A stretch of DNA of 64,000 nt. Source: Octopus vulgaris. Lineage: Eukaryota. The stretch lies in assembly GCA_951406725.2 (NCBI GenBank), contig OX597814.1, positions 116,188,001 to 116,252,000 on the forward strand, in the 5' to 3' direction. Position numbers and translations under genes: made by a program. The notes beneath the pieces were generated by a model. That model was given only the letters and a program-made list of their open reading frames with translations. It made no database searches and was not told the origin of the DNA. Positions 1 through 12,339 of this stretch are shown one piece after another; position 1 is the stretch's first letter, and every line of letters begins with the position of its first letter.

Positions 1-392
1 ACTTGTTTCTGTCATTTGACTGTGGCCATGCTGGAGCACCGCCTTTAGTGGAGCAAATCGACCCCAGGACTTATTCTTTGTAAGCCTAGTACTTATTCTA
101 TCGGTCTCTTTTGCCGAACCGCTAAGTTACGGGGACGTAAACACACCAGCATCGGTTGTCGAGCCTTGTTGGGGGTGTGTGTGGACAAACACAGACACAC
201 AAACATATATACACACACATACATATATACGACGGGCTTCTTTCAGTTTCCGTCTACCAAATCCACTCACAAGACTTTGGTCGGCCCGAGGCCATAGTAG
301 AAGACACTTGCCCAAGTTGCCACGCAGTGGGACTGAACCCGGAACCATGTGGTTGGTAAGCAAGCTACTTACCACACAGCCGCTTCTGTGCC
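1..392 (-). mobile_element. tRNA-derived SINE, family A (3' end cut by window edge)
   Basis: Reverse complement of the family head GGCGCAGGAGTGGCTGTGTGGTAAG..GGTTCAGTCCC, CORE-like CCTTGGGCAAGTGTCTT, internal (TA/TG)n; about a dozen copies in window. Confidence 0.9.
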
Positions 393-1699
393 TAATATCT
401 GCCAGATCGCTAGTTGCAGCATCATTGAAGTTTAATTCACTGTTTTCTGCTATCACCAGCGACAGGACTTTGTATTAGCATGTTTTGGGCCGTGGATGCT
501 TGCCACTGCTGAAGCCCCAAGGGGCAGAAATACACATATAGCAACATCACAACAGATGCTGGAAGAATTATATCATCTGTGACTAATATAATTTTGTTAT
601 TTAATGCTGCACGTCCATGAGAGATATTAACCCAGGACGAATGACACATTTAATTTTGCTTAGATAATTTTGCTGAGATATCTGCATTGACTATGATATA
701 CAAATCATTATTTTAAACTAAAACTGCTCCTGCTGCGCATAATACACATATACATAATTACACACACACACACACGCGCACACGCACACACGCACACATA
801 CACACACACACAAAGACATGCATGCATATATAAAACACAGTTAATTCTATTCCATCTGTAACATATACCGGAAATAAATCGTGATACACAAGGGAAATAA
901 ATCGTGTCGAACTCCGACAGCTGAGTAAAAGTTTAAGATTTTATAGTTTGTCTTACTGAATTCCAAATGCAACTGTCTCGATAGAGTTAGAAATGAAAAA
1001 AAAAATATATACTCCAGCCAACTATGAAGCTGTGGTTTACAAGTCCCCAACGACACCAGACAGGATTTTAACATTAATCAAGTGAAATACCTCTATAAGC
1101 ACAAACGTATATTTCACTATCTCTAGCATCAGCAGAATATTTCAGCTGGTGGAACATGAAATTTGCATAGGAAAAAAAAAATCTTTTCACTTGCAGAAAA
1201 TAACAATGCAGCTGCCATCTGGAAGATAGAAATGTATAGTGAAATATATAGTCACACGGAAATATAAATCCCGCAACATTGACGTTGTTATTTAAAACGA
1301 AAGCAAAAAAAGGGGGAAAAAATGATGAACGCGTCAGAATAAAATATAGAAAGCAGAAAATAAATATTCCATGTAGAAGACATGGAAATAACGATAGAAA
1401 TGTATTGACATGATGTCAGTACTGTACTTGTCACTGAAGGATCTTTGGTGCAGTAAACCATGAAATTAAGGAGCTAAACAAAAACCGATCTGGAATATTT
1501 TAAGAATGAGCAAGGAACGTTCATGATTATTCTACCTATAAGAATTAGTAAATGAAGTCTTATCGAACCACACTATAGAATTGGTCGTGAATTCCCACTC
1601 TTTCTCGCTATTTGACTTGTTATTTCTATTCTTGAATTTTCACACCATTTCAGTGATTTTGATATTTCTACCTTTGACCAACATCTCGCTATGCATCTA

Positions 1700-3030
1700 A
1701 TAATTTTTGAAATACACATCACAGCAGTGATGGTGTGTTTTGCATTTAACAAAATTCTGTCCCCTTCCCTTCCTGATAAATAGATTCTGTTTCAGGGTAG
1801 TGTGCCTTAATAAGCTGTGAGCGATTTACTAGTTCTTCAGTCGAGTGCCTATAGAAAGATGTGCATATCTCATCACTAGCAAAGCTCACATATTAATTGT
1901 TCTGGTGATATTACCTATAGTTAGTTTTGTTTCAGGCACCTTCCTAACTCGTCTGTTGTACTCTTTGGATACTTTCTCTCTCATTTCCTTTACCATTGCC
2001 TTATCACTCTGCACCCATAAGCATTTGTATCCTTCATTCTTTTTCATTCAATTAATGTGATATCTCTATCTCACCAGAATTAATATTTCAGCCTTTTCTT
2101 CTGCACACTTATTCACGCCAAACTACACAAAAATATCGTTGAAACACATTCTTCGCTTCAACAAAAGAATCAAGATCTTCACCGTTTACTTGTGCATGAT
2201 TTGAGATTATTCCTAGGTAGCAGTTTTTTTACCCCTAGGAGGAGTTACAACCGTGTTTCGTGGTCTGCTACCACAACAGCTCCTTTATAGGATCCAGTTA
2301 GCTCAAGACATCATCAGGAGGAACCACGTCCGGTTTCGGCCCCTACTCCTCTACTGTTTTGACGTGGCGGGTCCCCCCTTTCGGAGGTGTCTTCAGCTCT
2401 GGTGTTGGGTGCATGGTTTTTTTCCGTGGTCCGGGATCATGGGGGCATGATTTCCCATGTTTTTTTGTTGCAATTTTAGCCCGGATCGGACTGCAAGCCC
2501 ATTTGATCCTTCGTTACGCTGTCGTACTGTCAAGCGTCTCTCTGTTTTGGTATTTCTCTTTCTGGATTGTCAGCAAGTCTTTCCCTGCAGTCAGTATCTG
2601 AGGAATTACAACCGTGTTTCGTGGTATGCTATCACAACAGCTCCTTTATAGGATCCAGTTAGCTCAAGACATCATCAGGAGGAACCACGTCCGGTTTCGG
2701 CCCCTGCTTCTCTACCGTTTTGACGTGGCGGGGCCCTTCTTTTCGAAGGTGTCTTCAGCTGCAAGTTCACTAACAGATATGGATGTTCTCAGTATAACTT
2801 TTCAAGAAATCAACGAAATCACTACACGATAACTAATGGAGAATGAGAGTCCGTGAAATATTCCTCTCCTTTTTATCGAAATTTCCCATTGGTTCGCATT
2901 TTAGCTCTCCTTCTCAGGATATCACGTGGACACTGACTGTCCTAAGGCACTCCAATAGCCATTAGCTATACATTGTTGCATGATTCTTGCAGTCAATCCT
3001 AATAAGTTCTTTTTTATCCACGACTTATAT
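1700..3030 (-). pseudogene. Highly decayed non-LTR retrotransposon RT fragment (R4/Dong-like), interrupted at about 2235-2761
   Basis: Minus-strand remnants IDCK..WLLECL (~2940-3000), RRGIFHG..SP (~2840-2875), FGVNKCA (~2100-2125); many stops and frameshifts. Confidence 0.5.
2240..2761 (-). mobile_element. Penelope-like pseudo-LTR, partial tandem duplication
   Basis: ~155-bp block repeated at ~2245-2400 and ~2605-2761; homologous to ~57265-57425 in opposite orientation; CTGAAGA, CTGATGA and CGAAAC motifs on minus strand. Confidence 0.6.
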
Positions 3031-3032
3031 AT

Positions 3033-3232
3033 GGCGGCGAGCTGGCAGAAACGTTAGCACGCCGGGTGAAATGCTTAGAGGTATTTCACCCGTCGCTACG
3101 TTCTGAGTTCAAATTCTGCCGAGGTCAACTGTGCCTTTCATCCTTTCGGGGTCGATTAAATAAGTACCAGTTACGCACTGGGGTCGATAACATCGACTTT
3201 ATTCGTCTGTCTTTCCTTGTTTGTCTCCTCTG
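3033..3232 (+). mobile_element. SINE family B monomer
   Basis: GGCGGCGAGCTGGCAGAAACGTTAGC head, GAGTTCAAATTC B-box-like motif, GCCTTTCATCCTTTCGGGGTCGAT core. Confidence 0.9.
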
Positions 3233-3356
3233 TTCCTTAACGCTCACATTAATTAACGCGGATATGCAGGCATGTATAAACTGGTTACATCTTTTGTAAA
3301 CTATCAACGTAATATAGAATACACCACCTAAACTTATACATTCATTCACTCAAATA

Positions 3357-4544
3357 TCAGGTCATCCCATAAGTTCTGTCCAATTTTACCTTTTTTTAAA
3401 ATTGAATGAAATTAAATAGTATTTTAGAATGTCTAATGGAATTAAAAATTATTTTTATGCTTTTGTGTACATGTAAATTAATTAAATATTATTTTACAGA
3501 ATAATAGAATTAAAATTTCTTTGATTAAAACACTTTCTAACATAGAAGTATCCAAAGAGCATTTAAGGCACATACTGCTTTGAGTACAAAACAAATCTGC
3601 AGTAAAATTCAGAAGTGGAAATTTCAGCCTTGAAGATGAACATGGAACATGGCGTCCAGTTGAGTTTGATGATAAGCTCCTTGAGGCATTACTTGAAGAA
3701 AATCCAGCATTATCAGTTGAAAAATTGGCAATAAAGCTTAGTTCAAACCATACAACTCTTCATCATCATTTTCAATAATTTGGAAAGGTTCCTAAACTTG
3801 TAAAATGGGTGCCTCATGAATTGTCCAAAAGCAACTGCAAATCCAGAGTTGACATCTGCTCTTCTATCCATTCTCCCCTTTTTGGATAGACTTGTGACTT
3901 GACTGAAAATGGATATTCTATCGAAATGTTAAATGTCGTAAACAGTGGCTTGGTTAAAGGGAAAAACTTCAACCACAACCGAGAAGGGAACTTCATGGGG
4001 AAAAGGTTCTTCAATCTATCTGGTGGAATTGCAAAGGAGTAATTCATTTGGAATTGTTACCACTTAATGCACCAATCAATGCTCAAGTCTACTGCCAGTA
4101 ATTAGAGCGTTTGAACCAAGCTTTGAAGAAAAAAAGACCGGCTTTAGTGAATCGAAAAGAAGTGGTGTTTCATCAGGACAATGCGCCGCGAACCCACACT
4201 GCAATGATCACATCACAGAAGATCGAAGAGTTTGGTTGGGAAAAAATTCCTCATCCATTTTATTCTCCCGACCTTGCTATTTCAGACTACCATTTGTTTC
4301 GTACTTTACGGAATTATTTGGGGGAAAACTTTCGCCAGGAGGAGGTCGAAACTGACGTTTCAGAGTTCTTCGCTTTGAAATCAAAAGAGTTTTACATTGA
4401 TGGATTAAAAAGCTTGTAAATAGATGGAAAGAAGTCATAAATAATCAGGGAAAGTACAGTGCTGATTAACTTTCAATTAAATATGACATTTGATCACTTG
4501 TTTTCTTTATTCAAAATTCGGACAGAACTTATGGGTTGACCTGA
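3357..4544 (+). mobile_element. Full-length mariner DNA transposon (inactive)
   Basis: Terminal inverted repeats (TIRs) TCAGGTCATCCCATAAGTTCTGTCC / GGACAGAACTTATGGGTTGACCTGA; TA duplication at 3355-3356 and 4545-4546. Confidence 0.95.
3429..4469 (+). pseudogene. Mariner transposase pseudogene
   Basis: WVPHEL (~3806-3823), FHQDNA and YSPDLAISDYHLF (ORF 4111-4419); stops and frameshifts. Confidence 0.93.
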
Positions 4545-5104
4545 TATATTCAAGCTCACATATATAAACCGCAGATGCCTATTGAAAACTATCTACTGCG
4601 TGATTTTAGAAATGTGTTGTAAAGAATTTATGGAAACCAATACAAATAAGTAGGAATAAAAACACACAAAAACAAACTGTTTCTGTTTTCAAGGAAGCCA
4701 GCAAATATAAAACGACTTCTGAGATAACACGGTTGAGTGGTGGATAGAGAAAATTATGCATGAACCTAATTTTGCTTCAAGAATTAAATAAACTGAAAAT
4801 TAGATTAGATAATGTCACATTATATGGTTGACAGGAGAATCCTTCATTACATAGCCAATACCTGTGAAGACTATACAAAGTAGGAAAGGATGAAGAATGA
4901 CATTTACGAAGATCTCACGAGCTGAGGGATGAGGACTCCGTGTTGAGATTGATTTGTTGTGATTACATTACAATTTCAAAGGATTCTCAACAGAACCGAC
5001 TGGCATATAATGTAGAGGGATAAAAAAGTGACTGCAATATATGGGGAGTCTGAGGAGAGCGAATCAATTTCTGTGCTTCTTAATTGCTCATTCTTGGCCT
5101 AAAC

Positions 5105-5606
5105 AGTATGTATGTACGTAGGTGTGTGTGCGTGTGTGTGAGTGCGTGCGTGTATATATATATATATATACACACACATATATATGCATGTATGTATACC
5201 TGCATGCGTGTGTGTATGAATATATGTATCTATGCATGTATGTATGTCTCCATGCATGCATGTGTGAATGTATGTATCCATGCATATATGTATGTATGCA
5301 TGCATGCAAGAATGCATGTATGCATGTGTTTATGTATGTATGAATGTATGCATGTATGTATGTGTGTATGTATGCATGTATGTATGTATGTATGTATGAA
5401 TGTATGCATGTATGTATGTGTGTATGTATGTATGTATGTGTGTGTGTGTATGTATGTATGTGTGTATGTATGCATGCATGCATGGAAGAATGTATGTATG
5501 TATGTATGTATGTATGTATGTGTATGTATCTATGCATGTAAGTATGCATGTATGGAAGAATGTATGTATGTACGAATGTATGTATGTGTGTGTGTGTGTA
5601 TGTATG
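5105..5606. repeat. Degenerate (TATG)n/(TG)n microsatellite tract
   Basis: Direct reading. Confidence 0.95.
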
Positions 5607-5692
5607 TTCTCTCCTGTTTCTAACTATTTAAATTCTTCCTCTGAAGAAAGAGATGGTCTTTAACAAAGATACAAGGCTCCATCGTCGAAATG
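5607..5692 (-). mobile_element. 3' tip of R4-like LINE abutting (CATA)n
   Basis: Reverse complement GGAGCCTTGTATCTTTGTT matches the 3' UTR at ~34364-34383. Confidence 0.65.
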
Positions 5693-5972
5693 TATGTATA
5701 TATATATATATTGTCAGTGGATAATACACCCAAAGAAGGAGCATACTCTGAAAGTTAGAGCAGCAATGTTTTAACAGGAAGTTAATTATATGGAATGTGA
5801 TAGAGTAACCACTAGTTTCACTTCGCATCTACAAAGCGCTTAGCCTTATAGACTGCCCTACAGACCTCAGTGGCGGTGGGTATTGGTTTTTGACGCTCCG
5901 TCTATAAAGCTAAGCTCCTTATGCATGCTAGACTATTGGTCACTCTGTGACGAGCTATTTAATTAATTTCAT

Positions 5973-6028
<56 letters not shown>

Positions 6029-6273
6029 CTGAAAGGAAAGAATGCAAAGGTATTGGGCAGAATTTAAACTCAGAAGGAAGAGCGGGCGAAATGCTGATAA
6101 TTGTTTTCCGCCTCCGTACTGACATTTCTGTCAGCTCACCGCTTAGAGATATCTGTATATTAAGCAATATGGTGGTTTACAACCTTTCCGTTAGATCGCA
6201 GTCTCACGAGGATGAAATTCTAGCATATACTCAGTTTCCCGTCTTTCTCTTTAATAATTCATATCAGTCAAAC

Positions 6274-6911
6274 TAAGGTAGCGAGCTGGGAGAATCGTTA
6301 GCACGCCGGGCGCAATGCATAGCAGTATTTCGTCTGTCTTAACGTTCAGATTCGTCTGTCTTTAAGTTCAAATTCTGCCGAGGTCGACTTTACCTTTCAT
6401 CCTTTTGGGGTCGATAAATTAAGTACCACTTGCGTACTGGGGTCGATCTAATCTACTGGCCCCCTCCCCAGAAATTTCGGGTCTTGTGCCTAGAGTAGAA
6501 AAGAATATTTGAAATAGCGGAAGCCGGCGAGCTGGCAGAAACGTTAGCACGCCGGGCGAAATGCGTAGCCGTATTTCGTCTGCCGTTACGTTCTGAGTTT
6601 AAATTTCACTGAGGCTGACTTTGCCTTTCATCCTTTCGGGGTCGATTAAATAAGTACCAGTTACGCACTAGGGTCGATATAATCGACTTAATCCGTTTGT
6701 TTGTCCTTGTTTGTCCTCTCTGTGTTTAGGGTAGTAAAGAAATAGGTATTTCGTCTGTTTTTACGTTCTAAGGTAAAATTATGCCGAGGTTGACTTTTCC
6801 TCTCATCCATTTGGAGTCAATAAATTAAGTACCAGTTGCGTACTGGTGTGGACCTAATCGACCAGGTCCCTCTCCAAAAATTTTTCGGACCTTGTGCCTA
6901 GAGTAGAAAAG
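6274..6911 (+). mobile_element. SINE family B trimeric composite with 18-bp TSD
   Basis: Three core modules; AATTCATATCAGTCAAAC at 6256-6273 and 6912-6929. Confidence 0.92.
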
Positions 6912-7047
6912 AATTCATATCAGTCAAACCGTGTAGAAGTAGCGGTGTTACTAAGCAGTTATATTGTTACATATTCACACATAGATTCGCAGATAATCAT
7001 ACAAAGATTACACACACACACCGGAACGCATAGAAGCACTGACGTCG

Positions 7048-7115
<68 letters not shown>

Positions 7116-7231
7116 TCTGAGCTCATGATAGGCTCTCATTTGACTTGCTCGAAATAGCAACAGATCTCCAGTAACAACTAGCCATCTTCGAAAATGAAGG
7201 ACACATTGGATAATGTGTTTCTAAACTGTAT

Positions 7232-7262
<31 letters not shown>

Positions 7263-7269
7263 ACACACG

Positions 7270-7333
<64 letters not shown>

Positions 7334-7900
7334 TACAGCGCATTTATTGTCGGAATGCTTTTAATCACATGTCTGCTCGATGTGGATTGACCGAGGGACT
7401 AAACAACAACAACAACAACAACAACAACCACAACAACAACAACAACAATTTAGTCATGATAGAATTAGTGCGGTCATATAATGGAAATTATGTCAGCAAT
7501 ATCAAACACGCCCGAAATGAGAGGATACAAATATATCCCAGCAAATACGAACGATTTAATGTTAATGCACTCTGGACACATTAACATTTAGATTTGTCCT
7601 CGTTTTACCAATGATGTCGGGATCCATTAAGTAGATTAAACACAGAGATTCATAAATTTGTGGCATTTTGCCAGTGGCAGAAATCTTCGTGTTTATGATT
7701 CTGTGAGTAATAGAGATATCGGCGATTCCTTGCAGAGATAGGAATGTGATGGTATGTCAAACAGAACAATGGGAAATATTATTTAAAACTTTAAATAAAA
7801 GATATTCTTTTCTTTGTCTGCGGTACAAATATTCTATTTTTTTTTTTAAGTTGAATCAACGGAAGGTGTATAGTTTTATTGCGTGTATATAGCTGAACTC

Positions 7901-8060
7901 TGTGGAGGCGCGTGGCTTAGTGGTTATGGTGTTAGCACCATGATCGTAAGATTGTAGTTTCAATTCCTGGACTGGGTGCAGCGTTGTGTTCTTGAGCAAA
8001 ACACTTCATTTCACGTTGCTCCAGTCTACTCAGCTGGCAAAAATGAGTAACGCGATGGCC
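7901..8060 (+). mobile_element. tRNA-derived SINE family C (CORE-like), 3' truncated
   Basis: TGGCTTAGTGG A-box, GTTTCAATTCC B-box, GTGTTCTTGAGCAAAACACTTCA. Confidence 0.85.
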
Positions 8061-8186
8061 TCATGGAGCTAATAAGCGGACAGCTTTATTCTTATTTTTA
8101 TAAGAATGCCATATTAGTATGGCGATAACTAATATTTTCCGGGAACGCTGCCGTTGTTCTCTTTTAGAGAGACTTAGTAATTTTAA

Positions 8187-8337
<151 letters not shown>

Positions 8338-8339
8338 CC

Positions 8340-8872
<533 letters not shown>

Positions 8873-8979
8873 ATTATTATAATTATTAGGGAATATTACT
8901 TCCAAGCACACAAGAAAGAGACACTGAAATTAGATGTACTAAAATGAACGTCTCTCAATGTTTAATTCGTATATATAAA

Positions 8980-9268
8980 AGTAGTTTTAGAGACAAAACC
9001 ACCTTCAACTCAATCAAGACTGAAAGGTTTTATACCCGACCACTCCATAAAATGTTAAAAGATAAATCTTATACTAACTATATCTATTCTTATACTAACT
9101 ATATCTGAATCCTGTGTTTTCCGTTTGTAAGTTTTATAAACGGAAAATACAAGATTCAGAATAAATATAGTTAGTATAAGATTTAATATTTAACATTTTA
9201 TGGAGTGGTCGGGTATAAAAACTTTCAGTGTTGATTGAGTTGAAGGTTGTTCTGTCACTAAAATTACT
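8980..9268. repeat. Fold-back palindrome, ~140-bp arms
   Basis: AGTAGTTTTAGAGACAAAACCACCTTCAACTCAATC...TTTTCCGTTT mirrored by AAACGGAAAA...GATTGAGTTGAAGGTTGTTCTGTCACTAAAATTACT. Confidence 0.92.
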
Positions 9269-9288
9269 TATATATATATATATGTATA

Positions 9289-9348
<60 letters not shown>

Positions 9349-9357
9349 GTATAAAAG

Positions 9358-9604
9358 ATTGTGGGTAAGGTCAAAACAATGCGAATAAATGCAAGGTAAA
9401 TCACAAAAAAACCCCCCAAATATGTGAATTAATGTAGACTTACTTTGTATTCAATATTTCGGGGTTATGACCCAATTTTTAAGATATTGACGAATGTTGC
9501 CGATGTCATAACCCCGAAATATTGAATTCAAGGTAAGTCTACATGTTTGTTTTCTTGTGATTTACCTTTCATTTACTTCGCATTGCTTTGGCCTTACCCA
9601 CGAT
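9358..9604. repeat. Fold-back palindrome (PLE pLTR-like)
   Basis: GTGGGTAAGG..ATGTAGACTTAC..TATTTCGGGGTTATGAC mirrored by GTCATAACCCCGAAATA..GTAAGTCTACAT..CCTTACCCAC. Confidence 0.9.
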
Positions 9605-9655
9605 ATTTCATGCAATATATTCTGCTCAATGCTTCATAATAATTATTCCATTGTA

Positions 9656-9747
<92 letters not shown>

Positions 9748-9749
<2 letters not shown>

Positions 9750-9975
9750 GAGTGAGTAGACAAACGAAAGAGGGGCAATCAACAAATTTACTGGGCGTTA
9801 AAATGTATAGACCAAAACAGTTTGATTAAAACTCGTTGGTACTTTTGAGTTTCAAGCGTGATGCTAATCCAGTCATTTTGCATTTGAAATTTCAAATTCA
9901 AAATAGCTGAAGACTAGCATCACGCATGAAACCCAAGTGTACTAACCAATGTGAATCAAACTGTTTTGGTCCATA
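9748..9975. mobile_element. Fold-back PLE-derived element with hammerhead core
   Basis: Arms ~9806-9889 and ~9890-9974; CTGAAGA 9907-9913, GAAAC 9928-9932, GTA 9939-9941; same family as 28779-28922. Confidence 0.75.
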
Positions 9976-10170
9976 AATATATTCATATATATATAGAGTT
10001 GTAAGAATCAAGCATCTAAGTGTAGGAAGATTGTAAGCTTCGAACAGACCGTTGTAAATATGAGAAACAACGTCCAGTAACAATAATAATTTATTGGCAT
10101 CGAATGTTGTAGGTTTTTCTGAAATCAATATTCATTCCTAAGGTATATTTCAATGTTTTTATTATTGCAT

Positions 10171-10249
10171 ATGGCGTAGTGGTTAAGAGCACGGGCTACT
10201 AATCCCAAGATTCCGAGTTCAATTCCAGATAGTGACTTAAATAATAATG

Positions 10250-10281
<32 letters not shown>

Positions 10282-10412
10282 ATCGAAATATACCTTAGGA
10301 ATGAGAACTCAGGTTCAAAATTTCCCGAAGACACCTGATAAAGCCGAAACGTTGTGTTAACAATAAGCACAATGAGGACAAATATCCGTCAAATGTAAAT
10401 AATGTAAATAAT
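10171..10412 (+). mobile_element. tRNA-headed SINE-like element with (AAT)n linker and hammerhead-like tail
   Basis: TGGCGTAGTGGTTAAG A-box, GAGTTCAATTCC B-box; GACAC-CTGATAA-AGCC-GAAAC-GTT-GTGTT at 10330-10358. Confidence 0.7.
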
Positions 10413-11569
10413 AATCATTCACTTCTTGCTGATTGTGTTTGATTTTGTTGCTTAGATAAATCTGACGGGCACATTGGGGGGAGTCAAATGAAAGAGGTTG
10501 GTCGAAGAGGAAGATGGCTTTCCGTGTGCGCTACCCAATGTTTGATTATAACGTTTCCTTTAGTTTTCTTTTTACTTAATATCTCTCTTCGTATTTTCGA
10601 AAATTTGTGTGGGTGTGTTTTCACTGCCAGCACCATTGTTATTAGTAACTCTTGCCGCCACCACCGAAAAAAACATATTAAAACGCAAATAAACAATGCA
10701 TAATGGATATTTACGAAAATGTATGCACATGATAAAAATATTCTTGCATCATACAGATTTTTTCCATCTCAGGCAATGAGGTTAACGTTTAAATAAACTG
10801 AAATCTTGTGTTAGTGAAACGACAACAACATCAACAACAACAACAAAACCATCAGCAGCAGCTGCAACCATTTTACATCAAGAAATTTTGGAATAAATCA
10901 CCCTAGAAGAGGGCGGTGAAACAAGGCCGTTCCCCTCATATAAGAATACTAAATATTAATTATATTCGTTGAATCACACATTTATATTCTTATTTTAACA
11001 CATTACTCCATTCTTTGTAAATTGCTTCGGAAATGCGTTTTAATGTAGAGAGGAAATGACATACATATGTGACACCTCTATATTGTATGAGAAATAATGC
11101 TTAAATATTAAGAGAAAATAAACATATAGCAAGTGATATCTGATATCTGATGATCTTTGCTAAGTACAAAATGTTAATTTTACAGCTTTCTTTTTTTAAA
11201 GGAAGTACACGGCAGAATCGTGAAATGGGTTTCTGTCTATAGAATATAGCAAGAAATTCTGCTAATGCACAAGATGGCATGCGTTTTAACTGTTGGAAAC
11301 AAAGCTATTATATTCTTCAATAAAGGCGGTTACTTGGTACGAAAGATGAACAGAAATTTTAAAATGCTTTCATGATTTTGACAGTAATTTTATTTCCCAA
11401 TGTGCGTATATTCAACCACAATAACAGTTTACAATGTCATTCACATTACTTATCTGACAGCCATAAAATATGTGGTGGACTCTCCTGTCGTAAACGACAT
11501 CTGAGGGTTCCACGAGCTTCACAGTTGATTCTTTTATATTGATCAAATATTTGTTCTGTACTTTAGCTC

Positions 11570-11755
11570 ACTCTCTCCATCAAATGGACATTGTCGGCAC
11601 AGGTGCATCATATGCCACACCTGATATGCCGAAGTGATCGCAGAATAACATAAAGTGAAGCTTTTTGCACAACGCACGTCTCCGTCCTTGAAGCGAAACC
11701 ATGATCTTGGGATTGAGTGCGTAACACATTGGCAATTGGACCAGTCACCTCCACA
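11570..11755 (-). mobile_element. Decayed SINE family C variant
   Basis: Minus-strand head GTGGAGGTGACTGGTCCAATTG..GGTTTCGCTTC; similar to 30925-31136 and 51695-51900. Confidence 0.6.
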
Positions 11756-11775
11756 CAATACAATATGTACACGTT

Positions 11776-12006
11776 AAGCGGCGAGCTGGCAGAAATGTTA
11801 GCACGCCGGGCGAAATGCGTAGCCGTATTTCGTCTGCCATTACGTTCTGAGTTCAAATTCTGCCGTGGTCGACTTTGCCTTTCATCCTTTCGGGGTCGAT
11901 AAATTAAGTACCAGTTACGCACTGGGGTCAATGTAATCGACTTAATCCGTTTGTCTGTCTTTGTTTGTCCCCTCTATGTTTAGCCCCTTGAGGGTAGTAA
12001 AGAAAC
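11776..12006 (+). mobile_element. SINE family B monomer with 15-bp TSD
   Basis: ATACAATATGTACAC at 11758-11772 and 12009-12023. Confidence 0.92.
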
Positions 12007-12339
12007 ATATACAATATGTACACATAATATGTTGCTTAGATTAGTGTTGGAAATGCATATACGAGAGGAAGTTTCCAAAATATTTTGCAGACGCCCACTT
12101 ATTATGGGAGGTATGTAACTGATGCAGGTGATATTAAATTAATAAGTCTGCAGCAGGTATAGCGACGTAGTTAAGATCTGGCGTCGCAGTCTCGTGATTC
12201 AATGTTCGGTGTCACTGTATGGCACACTAAACATGAGTATTTTCTTAGGATTAGAGTGAGCAAAGCTGCCTGAGTGAAACTTATTAAACAGAAACATACG
12301 TACATACATATATAAACACATGTATGTGCGTTTGTGTGT

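Noticed and set aside
127-478. Recurrent ORFs such as RRASFSFRLPNPLTRLWSARG that look like a gene family
   Set aside because: Antisense translations of SINE A copies.
4111-4419. Mariner ORF as an active or domesticated transposase
   Set aside because: The upstream part has stops and frameshifts; only a fragment is open.
5084-5663. Long ORFs rich in MYVC/HTYI (also near 14 kb, 22-23 kb, 40 kb, 44 kb and 50 kb)
   Set aside because: Translations of stop-free (TATG)n/(CA)n/(TA)n microsatellites, not genes.
7673-7752. Short AG..GT exon-like segments here and at 10456-10496
   Set aside because: Splice-like motifs only, with no coding support; expected by chance.
10171-10230. Possible tRNA genes here and at 7905, 31636 and 52675
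   Set aside because: A/B boxes are present but there is no complete cloverleaf or acceptor stem, and each continues into a SINE body.
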